Counted from the stretch's first letter, positions 1 through 10,891 are shown. The stretch: DNA of 64,000 nucleotides from an uncultured Pseudomonadota bacterium (GCA_949283535.1 CASDTC010000007.1:18746-82745), one strand, 5' to 3'. The notes: generated from the letters alone by a model not told the origin. Numbers and translations are program-made.

Positions 1-188
1 TCTGCAATTGTCGATAAATTATCAGAATTTTTAATCTGGACCGGATTTCTTTTTTGATAATGCCATAAACGAATTTTTTCAATTATAACCGCCCAAGAAA
101 TAACACTGCCCAAAATCAGAACCAGCGAAATAAACAATGTCATTAAATCGCCCGTGAACAATGTTGTAAAAGAAAACGCATTTGTCAT
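1..188 (-). CDS. tolQ: TolQ-like MotA/TolQ/ExbB family protein, N-terminal ~62 codons only (CDS runs off the window start)
   Basis: Own minus-strand translation from ATG at 186-188: MTNAFSFTTLFTGDLMTLFISLVLILGSVISWAVIIEKIRLWHYQKRNP... It has one TM helix followed by an SWA-I-E-K type motif, as in TolQ N-termini. It lies directly downstream of ruvB-ybgC, the usual tol-pal neighbourhood. It is truncated, so it is not in the ORF track. Confidence 0.6.
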   Translation of the reverse strand, partial: MTNAFSFTTLFTGDLMTLFISLVLILGSVISWAVIIEKIRLWHYQKRNPVQIKNSDNLSTIA

Positions 189-217
189 TTTATTTTTTCC
201 CTTTTTTATTGTTTCTA

Positions 218-595
218 TTATTCTTTAAATGGTGCTGCAACTATATCTGGAATGCGCTTTGGCATCATATTCGCACCAATATATGCCGCCGTTCCCGACA
301 GTATAGCACAAATTTCACCATCTTTCACGAATTTTTGTTCAACCGATAACGATGCCGCCCCCAGTTTAACAACCGTTGTTTCAACAATAAACGCATCACC
401 CAGAAACAGTGGCTTAATATATCGTATGCTTAAATCACGGACAACAAAACCGACATCGCCATCTGGAAATTTAATTCCGCGCAAAATATCCATACGCGCC
501 CGTTCTGCAATTTCGATATATCGCCCATGATACACAATCCCACCGGCATCGGTATCTGCATACGCGATTGAGAATGGAAATTTATATACTTTCAT
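218..595 (-). CDS. ybgC: YbgC/4-hydroxybenzoyl-CoA thioesterase family acyl-CoA thioesterase (tol-pal associated)
   Basis: 125 aa. The N-terminus [29 protein letters not shown] matches the hotdog-fold YbgC signature (D-x-D...VYH..Y). It sits between ruvB and tolQ. Confidence 0.85.
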   Translation of the reverse strand: MKVYKFPFSIAYADTDAGGIVYHGRYIEIAERARMDILRGIKFPDGDVGFVVRDLSIRYIKPLFLGDAFIVETTVVKLGAASLSVEQKFVKDGEICAILSGTAAYIGANMMPKRIPDIVAAPFKE

Positions 596-1623
596 TTTTC
601 TAGTCCCAAGTGTTTATACCCCGCATCTGTAATAACGCGCCCCCGTGGCGTGCGCTGAACAAACCCCAATTGCATTAAATATGGTTCGATTACATCTTCG
701 ATTGTATCTGCCGGTTCGGATAACGCCGCCGCCAAATTTTCGATTCCAACCGGGCCACCGGCATAGTGCCGAACAATTGCATTCATATATTCACGATCTA
801 TTTCATCCAAGCCACTTTCATCAATATGCAATTGAAACAATGTCGTCTTTATCGTATCTGATGAAATTTCATTCCGTCCCAACGCGGTTGCAAAATCCCG
901 CGCCCGTTTTAACAAACGATTTGCGATACGCGGCGTGCCACGCGCACTGCGTGCCAACATTTTCGCGCCATCGACATCAATTGGCATTCCCAATATATTC
1001 GCACTGCGCATAATAATTTTTGCCAAATCATCCGTTGAATAAAACGACAGTCGCAAATCAATTCCAAACCGATCCCGCAATGGATTTGACAACAAACCTG
1101 TACGCGTTGTTGCCCCAACCAGCGTAAACGGGGGCAGGTCAATTCGCACACTTTTTGCCGATGGACCTTCGCCCAGCATAATATCTAACTTAAAATCTTC
1201 CATTGCGGAATACAGAACTTCTTCGATTGCGGTTGGCAAACGATGAATTTCATCAATAAATAAAACATCCATCGGTTCCAGCGATGTTAATATCGCCGCC
1301 AAATCACCTTGCTTGGTCAGCATCGGTGCCGCCGTTGCACGAAAATTTGTTCCCAATTCATTTGCAACAATATGCGCCAATGTTGTTTTTCCCAATCCCG
1401 GGGGACCATATAACAAAACATGATCCATTGCCTCGCCACGCGATTTTGCCCCCGATATGAATACAGACAAATTCTGCTTTAACGCGTCATGCCCAATAAA
1501 ATCCGCCAATGCGCGCGGGCGAATTGATGCCGCCATTTCATCTGGGATATTTGGATCTAAAAATCTGTCTTTGTTTTGCATGTTATTATAACAACTTGTT
1601 ATCTGCATTTTCACGACCGACAT
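592..1623 (-). CDS. ruvB: Holliday junction branch migration helicase RuvB
   Basis: Walker [15 protein letters not shown], Walker [10 protein letters not shown], sensor and arginine-finger region, and a C-terminal winged helix. The true start may be an internal Met (1608 or 1581), because the long form overlaps the upstream gene. Confidence 0.95.
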   Translation of the reverse strand: MSVVKMQITSCYNNMQNKDRFLDPNIPDEMAASIRPRALADFIGHDALKQNLSVFISGAKSRGEAMDHVLLYGPPGLGKTTLAHIVANELGTNFRATAAPMLTKQGDLAAILTSLEPMDVLFIDEIHRLPTAIEEVLYSAMEDFKLDIMLGEGPSAKSVRIDLPPFTLVGATTRTGLLSNPLRDRFGIDLRLSFYSTDDLAKIIMRSANILGMPIDVDGAKMLARSARGTPRIANRLLKRARDFATALGRNEISSDTIKTTLFQLHIDESGLDEIDREYMNAIVRHYAGGPVGIENLAAALSEPADTIEDVIEPYLMQLGFVQRTPRGRVITDAGYKHLGLEK

Positions 1624-2245
1624 ATGCCTTTAAGTCATTATACATCTGGCGTAAATCTGCCGGTTGACTGTAATGTGAATCTGCATTTTTAACACGAATT
1701 GTTTCCAAATCAATCTGGGCCTGTTTTTTCAAAACCTGGGTCAGATGTGTTGCAAATGCCTTGGATTCATCAGATTCCGCTGCGCCCTGTAATAACAATC
1801 CACGGTTTGGTCGCGGTGATAAAAATGCAAAATCTGCAACCGATGGATCAGGTGAAACCAACGCGAATCCTGAAACCTCTGGGCGGCGCATCATTGCCTG
1901 TAATACATACCATGCGCCCAATTGATTCCCCGCCAGCCATATTTTATCACTATCTTCATTTCTATTTTGAATCCAGTCAATTACTGTTGCGATATCCAAC
2001 ATATTTTCAGCTGTTGTACCGATTGCCCCCTCAGAATAATTTACACCACGATAATTAAAGCGCACAACAGAAAACCCGATATCCATAAATGCACGAAACA
2101 TTGCATATGACACGCGGTCATTCATATGATACTTTTGCCGTGGATTTCCAGACAATATAACCGCCAATGGTGCGGATGCAGTATCAGATTTATGATAAAC
2201 CGCATGTAATTTTCCCGCTTCTCCTGAAATCATTATATCAACCAT
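1586..2245 (-). CDS. alpha/beta-fold hydrolase (COG2945-like)
   Basis: 219 aa with a pattern typical of small alpha/beta hydrolases: [11 protein letters not shown]... then a nucleophile-elbow-like LAGNQLGAW. Family-level call only. Confidence 0.6.
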   Translation of the reverse strand: MVDIMISGEAGKLHAVYHKSDTASAPLAVILSGNPRQKYHMNDRVSYAMFRAFMDIGFSVVRFNYRGVNYSEGAIGTTAENMLDIATVIDWIQNRNEDSDKIWLAGNQLGAWYVLQAMMRRPEVSGFALVSPDPSVADFAFLSPRPNRGLLLQGAAESDESKAFATHLTQVLKKQAQIDLETIRVKNADSHYSQPADLRQMYNDLKAYVGRENADNKLL

Positions 2246-2390
2246 TATAATCGCCTTTCCATTTTTAATAAAATTCTTTTTCGAATTACTTATAGAACAA
2301 ACATGATATAATTTTCAATAAAAATTTTTGCTTTGACATAATATCCCGTAATGTTCTAAGATTTATCACATATAATCAAGGGCGAAAATC

Positions 2391-3314
2391 ATGGCAAGAT
2401 TTATTTTAATGACTGCTGTTGCTGGATTAATTGCATTTAATGCGGTTGCTGCAACCGAAGAAGTCGTATATGACAACTTTCAAACAATATATACTGAAAC
2501 ACCGGTTCAGTCATATTATGCATATCCAGATGATCCAAATTTTATCCCAGAAACCGAATTTATGAACCGTGCCGACAGTCTGGATTACGATTTAAATATC
2601 GAAGAAGCGCGTCAAATTGAATCTATGATGTATCCAGGCGTAATGTTTGCAAACAAGCCAATGATAATATGCCGCAATTTCGGTTGCACCAGATTAAACG
2701 ACAGAATAACGCGTACATTTTTGTTTAACAGTCTGGCAAATATGTTCATGATGAATGAATATTCACGCGTTTATATTTGCGAGGCTGACCCATTTTCGCG
2801 CGATTGCCTGCAATCTGGAATATCATTCCCTGTACGCAGTGGCATTGCAAATGCGCTGGTGAAAATACCCAAGGCCACAATTTCCCAGGTTACAATTTCA
2901 ACGGGTCTGTCGCGTGCCACAGTTGGTATGACATATGAATTCTTGGTAAACGGCATCGCCCGAACATGCGAACCAACAATTATGGATATTGTAATACCTG
3001 TGAATTCCCAGGCAACATTATCTAACCGTGAATTTACATGTAATATGACCAGTGACGGTTTAAGCAATGTTTCATTACTGGTAAATATTGATTATATCGA
3101 CCTGGACTATGGTATCCTGGGCGGATATTATTCTGTTGGGATGCAGGGACCAACAACTGGCGGCGGCACTGGGTACGCATTGTTTAAAACAGAATTCACC
3201 ACTGGGGGCATGCAATTCCGTGCGGCGACATTAGATGAAACTGATATGATGGGCGCAAATTCAATGATGACAATTCAGCCTGGCGAATACGCGGTAGAGC
3301 CACTAAAAAAATAA
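2391..3314 (+). CDS. secreted hypothetical protein (signal peptide, several Cys)
   Basis: 307 aa. N-terminal signal MARFILMTAVAGLIAFNAVAATEE. A TTGACA...TAAGAT-like promoter lies upstream and the hairpin terminator at 3318-3340 lies downstream. No family recognised. Confidence 0.6.
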   Translation: MARFILMTAVAGLIAFNAVAATEEVVYDNFQTIYTETPVQSYYAYPDDPNFIPETEFMNRADSLDYDLNIEEARQIESMMYPGVMFANKPMIICRNFGCTRLNDRITRTFLFNSLANMFMMNEYSRVYICEADPFSRDCLQSGISFPVRSGIANALVKIPKATISQVTISTGLSRATVGMTYEFLVNGIARTCEPTIMDIVIPVNSQATLSNREFTCNMTSDGLSNVSLLVNIDYIDLDYGILGGYYSVGMQGPTTGGGTGYALFKTEFTTGGMQFRAATLDETDMMGANSMMTIQPGEYAVEPLKK

Positions 3315-3351
3315 CCACCGCGCCCATGGCGCGGATTTTTGTATTAAAAAT

Positions 3352-4017
3352 ATGAACAAGACAATTTTAATTATTGACGATGATGATATGTTGCGCACGA
3401 CACTGGCACGTGGATTGCGAAATGATGGATTTTATGCTGTAACCGCTGAATCCGCCGAACATGCATCTGAAATACTATCCAGAATATCTGTTGACGCAAT
3501 TGTACTGGACAGAATGATGGGCGGAATGGACGGATTGGCATTTTTAAAACAACTGCGTACAAAAGGCGTTTCAACCCCTGTAATAATGTTAACCGCGATG
3601 ACCGGACCAGAAAATGCAATTGATGGTCTGGCGGGTGGGGCAAATGACTATCTGGCAAAACCGTTCCAACTGCGCGAATTAATATTACGATTAAACAATA
3701 TAATCGGAAATAAAAACAACACAGAATTTAAAATGCCAAACGGATTAATGTTCACAGATGATGAATTTTTTATAACAACCGGCAAAACACCAAAAATATT
3801 GGGATTGTCTGGCGAAGAAAAAAAATTATTACAGCGTCTGACCATGCCAATCGGCAATATCGCCCCGGCATCCCCAATGGTTGCAAAACGCTTGCGCAGT
3901 AAAATAAATAGTGTATTATCAAACATAGATATTATAACTGTTCGTGGTCGTGGATATAAATTAATACAGATTGATTCCGCCACGCCCAGTACAAATACAA
4001 ATGGTGATAAAGAATGA
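3352..4017 (+). CDS. OmpR/PhoB-family response regulator
   Basis: Receiver domain (ILIIDDDD..., D at VLDRMMGGMDG, LTAM, KPF). The C-terminal winged helix ends in TVRGRGYKL. Overlaps the kinase gene by 4 nt. Confidence 0.85.
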   Translation: MNKTILIIDDDDMLRTTLARGLRNDGFYAVTAESAEHASEILSRISVDAIVLDRMMGGMDGLAFLKQLRTKGVSTPVIMLTAMTGPENAIDGLAGGANDYLAKPFQLRELILRLNNIIGNKNNTEFKMPNGLMFTDDEFFITTGKTPKILGLSGEEKKLLQRLTMPIGNIAPASPMVAKRLRSKINSVLSNIDIITVRGRGYKLIQIDSATPSTNTNGDKE

Positions 4018-5294
4018 GATTAATACCACGCAGCTTTTTATGGCGAACAATATTAATGATTTTAATACCATTAATTATCGCCCAGGTAATTATTGCGAAT
4101 GTATTTTTTGGCAATCACTGGTCACGCGTACACGCAACATTGGCACGCAGTCTGGCTGTTGAAATCAGTACCATGATGAATTTCATGGACGAAGGTGAAA
4201 CCACAACTGCGCGTACAATGGCGCGCGACATGGGGATAAACATATCAGTAAACCCAAAGTTAAATCGCCCCAGCAAAAATGATAACGATTCCCGCGAAGC
4301 AGGGTTATTGGCGACCGAATTGTCAAACCGTCTGAAACGATCTGCACAAATATATATTGATAAAGGCAAACGTCTGGTATTCATTGATGTTCCAACAAAC
4401 GACGGTCAAATTGCGACATTTGGCACATCATTGTATCGCATATATTCAACCAGTACCGAAGTGTTTATAATCTGGTTAATTGGGTCAATTTTAATTGTAT
4501 CCATATTGATTTCGCCGTTCATCATAATGCACACGCGCAGCATCCGCCGCATTGCCAAGGCAGCGGGGCGTTTTGGGCGCGGACTGGACGCACCAGGGTT
4601 CCAACCAACCGGTTCCAAAGAAATCCGTGAAGCGGCATCTGCAATGATCACAATGAAAGAACGACTGAACAGATATAACCGTACACGCACAGATATGTTA
4701 AATGCGGTCAGTCATGACTTAAAAGCGCCACTGACCCGCATGCGGTTGGCGGTTGAAACAGATGCTGCATCTAAAGCAGATTTGTTGCGCGACATTGACC
4801 GCATGACAGAAATGGTCAATGGATACCTGGCATTCGCGCGTGGCGAAATGCCGGAAATTGAACAAGCAACTGAATTACCCGCAATGTTATTACGCATTGC
4901 GCGCGACGCGGCACCAGATAAAAATATCGAAACTGATTTTCCAAATGAACCGGCACAGTTTTATGCCCGCCCAATGGCATTGGCACGCGCATTCGGTAAT
5001 ATAATTGAAAATGCCGCCCGTTATGCAAAAAAGACAATACGCATTACTGAACACGATTCCCCCACCCAAGTAGAAATCATTATCGAAGACGATGGTCCCG
5101 GTATCCCAGACGATAAAAAACGCGATGCATTGCGTCCATTTGTGCGCCTGGATGACGCACGCAGTGATAAGACTGGCGGCACTGGGCTGGGACTGTCAAT
5201 TGCACAAACCGCAATTGAAAATCATGGCGGGCAAATGTTCTTGGAAAACAGCGAACTGGGCGGATTACGCGTCAGAATAGTTTTACCAATATAA
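4014..5294 (+). CDS. EnvZ-like sensor histidine kinase
   Basis: Two TM segments flank a periplasmic loop. H-box SHDLKAPLTRMRL, N-box NIIENAARYA, G-boxes DDGPGIP and GGTGLGLSIA. Confidence 0.85.
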   Translation: MRLIPRSFLWRTILMILIPLIIAQVIIANVFFGNHWSRVHATLARSLAVEISTMMNFMDEGETTTARTMARDMGINISVNPKLNRPSKNDNDSREAGLLATELSNRLKRSAQIYIDKGKRLVFIDVPTNDGQIATFGTSLYRIYSTSTEVFIIWLIGSILIVSILISPFIIMHTRSIRRIAKAAGRFGRGLDAPGFQPTGSKEIREAASAMITMKERLNRYNRTRTDMLNAVSHDLKAPLTRMRLAVETDAASKADLLRDIDRMTEMVNGYLAFARGEMPEIEQATELPAMLLRIARDAAPDKNIETDFPNEPAQFYARPMALARAFGNIIENAARYAKKTIRITEHDSPTQVEIIIEDDGPGIPDDKKRDALRPFVRLDDARSDKTGGTGLGLSIAQTAIENHGGQMFLENSELGGLRVRIVLPI

Positions 5295-5312
5295 AATATT
5301 ACGGATATAAAA

Positions 5313-6965
5313 ATGAACTTATACAAATATGTTTCTGAATCAATAAATAATAAACTGGGCTTTATTGCTAATTTAGAGGTTCCACGCAACCGCGCATTTG
5401 GTGATTTTTCCACAAATGCCGCAATGGTTATGGCAAAATCCGCAGGTAAAAATCCGCGCGAACTGGCGGCGGAAATTCTGCCACAATTACAGGAACTAGA
5501 TTTCGTTGCCGATGCTTCAATCGCGGGTCCGGGATTCATAAACATAAAACTGCGTAATGATTTTTTATGGCGCGCAGCATCACAGCAAAAAAATGCAAAA
5601 ACAACTGCGCCAAAAAAAATAGACTTAGATTACGGCGGGTATAATGTTGGCAAGGCATTACATATTGGGCATCTGCGTACATCTATTGTTGGCGACACAT
5701 TCAACAGGATTGCAAAATATCTTGGGCACACAACCAAAAGTTATAATCACATCGGCGATTGGGGACGCCCAATGGGACTGATAATCGCATGGATTTTGGA
5801 ATATGGTATGCCCACCAATGCACATGAATTGAACAAGATATATCCTGCATCAACTGAACGGGCAAAAAATGATGATGCATGGATGGCGCGCGCCAAAGAA
5901 ATTACTGCTGAATTACAGTCTGGCAATCCAGAATATAAACAGATTTATGACGATTTTATGAAAATATCATTGGCACAAATGGATGATGTTCTGCATCGAT
6001 TAAACCTGTTGCCATTTGACGCAACAATGGGTGAACGCGGTGTTGCACCATATGTTGCCGACACACAAAAAATTCTAGAAGAACACAATCTGTTAACAGA
6101 ATCAGATGGCGCAATGATTGTAAATGTAAAAACAGATAATGACAATGCACCAATGCCGCCATTAATGTTTCGCACCAGTTCTGGCACACAAACATATGCC
6201 GCAGCTGATTTATCTGCGATATATTATCGTACAAAAACAGATCACCCTGATATAATTGGCTATTTCACAGATTCACGGCAAAATTTACATTTCCAGCAAG
6301 TATTCCGTGTGGCAAAAATGGCGGAAATTACAAATGCAGAACTGTTTCATACTGGATTTGGCGCATTAACGGGATCTGATGGCAAGCCATTTAAAACGCG
6401 TGATGGCGGTGTGGCAGAATTACTGGATATATTAGACCTGTCAACAGACGCCGTTCGTTCGCGCGTTTCAGATGCCGGTAAAAAATTAGATGACGAAACC
6501 ATATCTGCAATTGCCCTGGCGGCGGTAAAGTTTAACGACTTGTTGCATGATGTTCGTGCCGATTATGTATTTGACCCAAATCAAATCACCAGTTTCGAAG
6601 GGCGCACCGGACCATATATCTTATATACAGCAGTTCGCCTGAACAGTGTTTTAAAACGGGCAGGGGATATAAAAAATACCACCGCAACAGAATTAACTGA
6701 TGATGAACGAAATCTGTTAATTGCAACGCTGGATTTTGAACGCACGGTACAAAGCGCGTTTGATAATCGTGCAACAGATATGATTGCAAATTATGCATAT
6801 GATTTATGCCAACTGGCGAACACATTCTATCATAACTGTCCAATTTTGCGCGATGATGTGGATGATGCCACACGCGCACGCCGCCTGCAAATTGTCCAGA
6901 TTACCCGTGATACATTGGCATCAGCAATTGATTTAATGGGTCTGACAATTCCAAATGAAATGTAA
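5313..6965 (+). CDS. argS: arginine--tRNA ligase
   Basis: 550 aa. Class I HIGH motif (KALHIGHLRTSIVGD) and a DALR-type anticodon-binding C-terminus ending in ...IPNEM. Confidence 0.93.
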   Translation: MNLYKYVSESINNKLGFIANLEVPRNRAFGDFSTNAAMVMAKSAGKNPRELAAEILPQLQELDFVADASIAGPGFINIKLRNDFLWRAASQQKNAKTTAPKKIDLDYGGYNVGKALHIGHLRTSIVGDTFNRIAKYLGHTTKSYNHIGDWGRPMGLIIAWILEYGMPTNAHELNKIYPASTERAKNDDAWMARAKEITAELQSGNPEYKQIYDDFMKISLAQMDDVLHRLNLLPFDATMGERGVAPYVADTQKILEEHNLLTESDGAMIVNVKTDNDNAPMPPLMFRTSSGTQTYAAADLSAIYYRTKTDHPDIIGYFTDSRQNLHFQQVFRVAKMAEITNAELFHTGFGALTGSDGKPFKTRDGGVAELLDILDLSTDAVRSRVSDAGKKLDDETISAIALAAVKFNDLLHDVRADYVFDPNQITSFEGRTGPYILYTAVRLNSVLKRAGDIKNTTATELTDDERNLLIATLDFERTVQSAFDNRATDMIANYAYDLCQLANTFYHNCPILRDDVDDATRARRLQIVQITRDTLASAIDLMGLTIPNEM

Positions 6966-6990
6966 AAATCTGCTTCGGCAGATTTTTTTT
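6964..6990 (+). terminator. Rho-independent terminator after argS
   Basis: AAAAATCTGC-TTCG-GCAGATTTTTTTT hairpin plus T-run. Confidence 0.8.
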
Positions 6991-7042
6991 GTTTACCTGG
7001 ATGGTATATTTATGATACAATTCTTTGTATATGGAGGGTATA

Positions 7043-7258
7043 GTGCGGAAGATATTATTAATTTTGCTGGTTACATTAACAGCAACGCCCGCGATTTCTG
7101 CGCCTGTGGACAGAATTGCGTCTGTATCATATGTCAACAAAATCACGGAAACACTGAACGGAAAGGTTGATTTAGGATCCAAACAAACCATTACTGGCGA
7201 AAAGACTTTCTTAGTCAGTCCAGTTGTTCCGACACCACCATTGCCACAATCATTATAA
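7043..7258 (+). CDS. small secreted hypothetical protein (71 aa from the GTG start)
   Basis: GGAGGG Shine-Dalgarno lies 4 nt before the GTG at 7043. Signal-like VRKILLILLVTLTATPAISAP, then a Pro-rich tail VVPTPPLPQSL. No family recognised. Confidence 0.45.
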   Translation: MRKILLILLVTLTATPAISAPVDRIASVSYVNKITETLNGKVDLGSKQTITGEKTFLVSPVVPTPPLPQSL

Positions 7259-7304
7259 TGATTGGCAAAAACATACGGTATAATAATACCATATCAAAAA
7301 TTTC

Positions 7305-7333
7305 TTGACTTTTCTGGCATGGCGGGGCATAAT
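7305..7333 (+). promoter_or_regulatory. sigma70-like promoter for rplM-rpsI
   Basis: TTGACT, 17-nt spacer, CATAAT, about 35 nt upstream of the rplM ATG. Confidence 0.5.
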
Positions 7334-7366
7334 TGTCCCGCTAAAATTAATAAAAAGGTAAAAATT

Positions 7367-7840
7367 ATGGCAGCGACAAAATCGTTAAAAAAGTGTGAAT
7401 TAGATGCCAAATGGTATCTGATTGACGCAACAGATTGCACGCTGGGGCGTTTGGCGGCATTTACCGCAAACATTCTGCGCGGCAAGAACAAACCAACATG
7501 GACACCAAACATGGACTGTGGCGATCATGTTATTATTATTAATGCAGACAAGGTTGCTTTATCTGGCAAGAAAGCAGATAAAACAAAATTCTTTTGGCAT
7601 TCACTGTGGACCGGCAGCACCAAAGAACGCACCCTGGGGCAAATGCGCAACGAAAAACCGGAAAAATTGGTTTTCAACGCGGTAAAGCGTATGATGGGAC
7701 GCCGTACAGCAGTTGCATTGGCAAACCAGCGTTTAACAAAACTGCATGTATATGCTGGGGCGGAACACAAACATGCCGCACAAAATCCAATTGTTATTGA
7801 CTTTGCGGGCATGAACCGTAAAAACAAAAGGGGCGAATAA
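7367..7840 (+). CDS. rplM: 50S ribosomal protein L13
   Basis: The internal ATG at 7367 gives [30 protein letters not shown]..., the canonical L13 N-terminus. The longer tracked ORF (from 7262) would run through the promoter. Confidence 0.93.
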   Translation: MAATKSLKKCELDAKWYLIDATDCTLGRLAAFTANILRGKNKPTWTPNMDCGDHVIIINADKVALSGKKADKTKFFWHSLWTGSTKERTLGQMRNEKPEKLVFNAVKRMMGRRTAVALANQRLTKLHVYAGAEHKHAAQNPIVIDFAGMNRKNKRGE

Positions 7841-8331
7841 TGACAGAAACAAAAAAGACTGCAACAAAGGCAGCAGCAAAAACAACAAAAAAAGCGGCCC
7901 CGGCAAAAGCAACTGCTAAAAAAGTGGTCGCCGATGTAAAATTATCAAATGCAACATATGCAACAGGTAAACGTAAAGATTCTATTGCGCGCGTATACAT
8001 GGTTGCCGGGAAAGGTCAAATATTTATCAATGACATTCCAGTAAATGAATATTTTCGCCGTCCAGTGCTGCAAATGATTATTGCCCAACCGTTTGGCATC
8101 ACAAAACGCGACAGTGCATATGATATTCACGCATTCGTTGCAGGCGGTGGTCTGTCTGGTCAGGCGGGCGCCGTAAAACACGGCATTTCCAAAGCATTGG
8201 AAAAAGCGGAACCAGATTTACGCAAAACATTAAAAGCGGCTGGATTCTTGACACGCGACAGTCGTGTTGTTGAACGCAAACACTTTGGTCGTCACAAAGC
8301 GCGTCGTTCAACCCAGTTCAGCAAACGTTAA
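7840..8331 (+). CDS. rpsI: 30S ribosomal protein S9 with a Lys/Ala-rich N-terminal extension
   Basis: The C-terminus ...[18 protein letters not shown] is the S9 signature. The first ~35 aa are K/A/T-rich (histone-H1-like). The start overlaps the rplM stop (TAATG). Confidence 0.93.
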   Translation: MTETKKTATKAAAKTTKKAAPAKATAKKVVADVKLSNATYATGKRKDSIARVYMVAGKGQIFINDIPVNEYFRRPVLQMIIAQPFGITKRDSAYDIHAFVAGGGLSGQAGAVKHGISKALEKAEPDLRKTLKAAGFLTRDSRVVERKHFGRHKARRSTQFSKR

Positions 8332-8345
8332 ATCGTTTCTGCAAC

Positions 8346-8372
8346 AAAAATCCGCCAAATGGCGGATTTTTT
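8346..8372 (+). terminator. Rho-independent terminator after rpsI
   Basis: AAAATCCGCC-AAAT-GGCGGATTTTTT. The same 24-nt sequence recurs at 40464. Confidence 0.85.
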
Positions 8373-8391
8373 ATATTATAAAAAAAGAGTA

Positions 8392-8419
8392 TTGCGTTTA
8401 TAAAAAAACTGTGTATAAT
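8392..8419 (+). promoter_or_regulatory. sigma70-like promoter for tig
   Basis: TTGCGT, 16-nt spacer, TATAAT. Confidence 0.5.
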
Positions 8420-8453
8420 CATTCGGCAATTCATATTTTTAATGGGGAAAACA

Positions 8454-9764
8454 ATGTTTAAAAAAGAAAAAATCAAAGATTTGCATTATTCAGTCACAGG
8501 ACATCTGTCGGCTGATGAAATTCAGGCTGCGGCGGATGAAATTTTAACAGAATATGGTAAAAAGGCAAAAATGCCGGGCTTTCGTCCGGGACATATTCCA
8601 TTATCAATTCTGCGTCAAAAATATAATCCGTCTGCGATCAGTGAAGCAGTTGATAAATTAATGAATCGTGATTTAAACGAATACATTGCTGATAAAAAAA
8701 TCCGGCTGGCAGGTTCACCAAAAGCAGATCTTGCCGGATGGGAAATTGGCAAAGACGCAGAATATTCACTGGATTTTGATATCTTGCCAACATTACCAGC
8801 AATCGATTTAGAAAAATTCACAATTGTAAAAAAAACAACAAAACTGGATGAATCCGAAGTTGATGCCGCACTAGAAAACATTCGCAAAAACCGCAGTACA
8901 GCAGAAAAGCAGGCGGATGATTACATTGCACAAAACGGTGATACCGCAGTAATTGACTTCAAAGGCTTTATCGGCAATGACGCATTTGATGGCGGTGCCG
9001 CAGAAAAGCATCACTTGGTACTGGGGTCTGGTGCATTTATTCCGGGATTCGAAGATCAAATTATTGGTCATAAATCCGGCGATGAATTTGATGTAAATGT
9101 AAAATTCCCATCTGATTATCATGCATCTAATCTGGCGGGCAAAGATGCACGTTTTGCCGTCAAGATTCATGAAATACGCAAACATATATTGCCAGAATTA
9201 AATGATGAATTGGCAAAATCTGTTGGTCATGAATCTGTTGAAAAATTGCGTGAACACATTCGCAACATATTAAACGAACAATATGTCGAAGCCGCCAAAC
9301 GCGAAATGCGTAATGAATTGCTGGACATATTGGCAGATAAAGTAAAATTGGATTTGCCAGAAACTTTGGTTGACCAGGAATATAATATGGCAAAACAAGA
9401 ACATGATCGTGAACATGCAAATTGCCATGGCGATTGTGGAAACGAACATAAGTGGGATGAAAAGAAAGAACGCAAAGACGCTGAACGCCGTGTTAAACTG
9501 GGCTTAATTTTGGCAGAATGGGGGACACAAAATAAAGTAGAAGTTACCCGTGACGACCTGCAACAGGCGGTTTGGGCAGAAGCAGCGCGCTATCCAGATC
9601 CAAAACAAGTGTTTGAATTTTACAACAAAAACCAAAACGCTTTGGCAATGTTACGTGGAATGATTTTTGAACGCAAGGCATTAGACGCAATGTTAAGTCA
9701 TGTTAAAACAAAAGAAAAGCCCGTAAAGCCCGAAGAGTTGTTTAAACAGGCTGGCACAAAATAA
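8454..9764 (+). CDS. tig: trigger factor
   Basis: Ribosome-binding motif GFRPGHIP. Central FKBP-like PPIase region (DFKGFIGNDAFDGG...FIPGFEDQIIG). C-terminal arm domain. The ATG at 8454 has a GGGGA SD 5 nt upstream; the tracked ORF starts at 8442. Confidence 0.9.
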   Translation: MFKKEKIKDLHYSVTGHLSADEIQAAADEILTEYGKKAKMPGFRPGHIPLSILRQKYNPSAISEAVDKLMNRDLNEYIADKKIRLAGSPKADLAGWEIGKDAEYSLDFDILPTLPAIDLEKFTIVKKTTKLDESEVDAALENIRKNRSTAEKQADDYIAQNGDTAVIDFKGFIGNDAFDGGAAEKHHLVLGSGAFIPGFEDQIIGHKSGDEFDVNVKFPSDYHASNLAGKDARFAVKIHEIRKHILPELNDELAKSVGHESVEKLREHIRNILNEQYVEAAKREMRNELLDILADKVKLDLPETLVDQEYNMAKQEHDREHANCHGDCGNEHKWDEKKERKDAERRVKLGLILAEWGTQNKVEVTRDDLQQAVWAEAARYPDPKQVFEFYNKNQNALAMLRGMIFERKALDAMLSHVKTKEKPVKPEELFKQAGTK

Positions 9765-9867
9765 ATATACAAACGCCCAAATGGGCGTTTTATTTTTCGC
9801 CAAAACATATTGACATATTTCATAACAGTGTTAATATTTAGCCTGATTAAATCAAAGAGACAATAAA

Positions 9868-10353
9868 ATGGAACAAAAATTATTACCAATATATACACTG
9901 CGTATAATGTTTTTGGAAAAGTTAAATCCTATATTTTTCTCAAAAAACGCCGAATTGATTTATCGCACATCAATGGCTGCCCAAGATTACTTCTTATCGG
10001 GCGCATATAAAGAATACAATAATAATATGGGACATCTTTTTAAAACATTGCCGGGCTATATTGCAATACATAACAAATATAATCTGCCATATGACCCATA
10101 TTCAGTAAAATATGCTGCTATATTAAATCCTGGGCTGGTTATGGATTTAACATGGTCATTAAAAACAGATATAACAAATACTGTTGTAAATAAAAATGGC
10201 AGTATTAATGCAACAGATAAATTACCCCAATCAGAAATTTTGCAAGTATATCATAATTCAAAAGAAAACGGCATTCCTATTAACGCCATCCACATGTTAA
10301 TGCCGCATCAAATTGAACAGTTAGTAAGAAATGCACAAATATATTCAAAATAA
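9868..10353 (+). CDS. hypothetical protein
   Basis: 161-aa ORF with an upstream TTGACA-16-TAATAT promoter (about 9810-9838) and a downstream bidirectional hairpin terminator (10353-10385). No family recognised. Confidence 0.5.
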   Translation: MEQKLLPIYTLRIMFLEKLNPIFFSKNAELIYRTSMAAQDYFLSGAYKEYNNNMGHLFKTLPGYIAIHNKYNLPYDPYSVKYAAILNPGLVMDLTWSLKTDITNTVVNKNGSINATDKLPQSEILQVYHNSKENGIPINAIHMLMPHQIEQLVRNAQIYSK

Positions 10354-10382
10354 AAAGTCGCCTAAACAGGCGACTTTTTATT

Positions 10383-10790
10383 TTATCGTATTTTCTGCCG
10401 CTGTTTCTTTAATTCTTCCTCTTCTTTATCTTTTGCAATCAATCTTCCTGTCATTGCGCCAAACGCCGCACTTAACGCTGCAAAGGTGCCAATTATTCCA
10501 TACATTCCATATGGTGTCATAATATATTCCGTTGATTGCCCATTGTTCAGATAATAATGTTTATGAGATTCTGGGGTTTTAAAACTGTACGCTGTTTCAA
10601 AACGGTTTTTCAACGAATATTCACGGGCATTCCAATTAATAACATAACCAGCGCCATGCGCCACCAATCCCATTGCCGCCAACATTGCCGCTGTTAAAGT
10701 CGCAGAACACACCGCACTAAACGCCCCCAGTCCTGTAGAATACGCAACACATTTAAGTTTATTTTTTGTAGAAGCCATATTGTTTACCAT
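10383..10790 (-). CDS. hypothetical membrane protein with Gly/Ala-rich (glycine-zipper-like) helices
   Basis: 135 aa with two hydrophobic G/A-rich segments (GLGAFSAVCSATLTAAMLAAMGLVAHGAG and GMYGIIGTFAALSAAFGAMTG) and a charged C-tail. Confidence 0.5.
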   Translation of the reverse strand: MVNNMASTKNKLKCVAYSTGLGAFSAVCSATLTAAMLAAMGLVAHGAGYVINWNAREYSLKNRFETAYSFKTPESHKHYYLNNGQSTEYIMTPYGMYGIIGTFAALSAAFGAMTGRLIAKDKEEEELKKQRQKIR

Positions 10791-10862
10791 CCTTTTTTAT
10801 ACCATATATATATACTCAATTTAAAAAATTTGTCAACTTATTTTATCTTTGCATAAAACATC

Positions 10863-10891
10863 TTGATTTTTCAAAGATTTCTGTATATAAT
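10863..10891 (+). promoter_or_regulatory. sigma70-like promoter for rpsA
   Basis: TTGATT, 17-nt spacer, TATAAT, leaving a leader of about 105 nt before the rpsA ATG. Confidence 0.5.
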
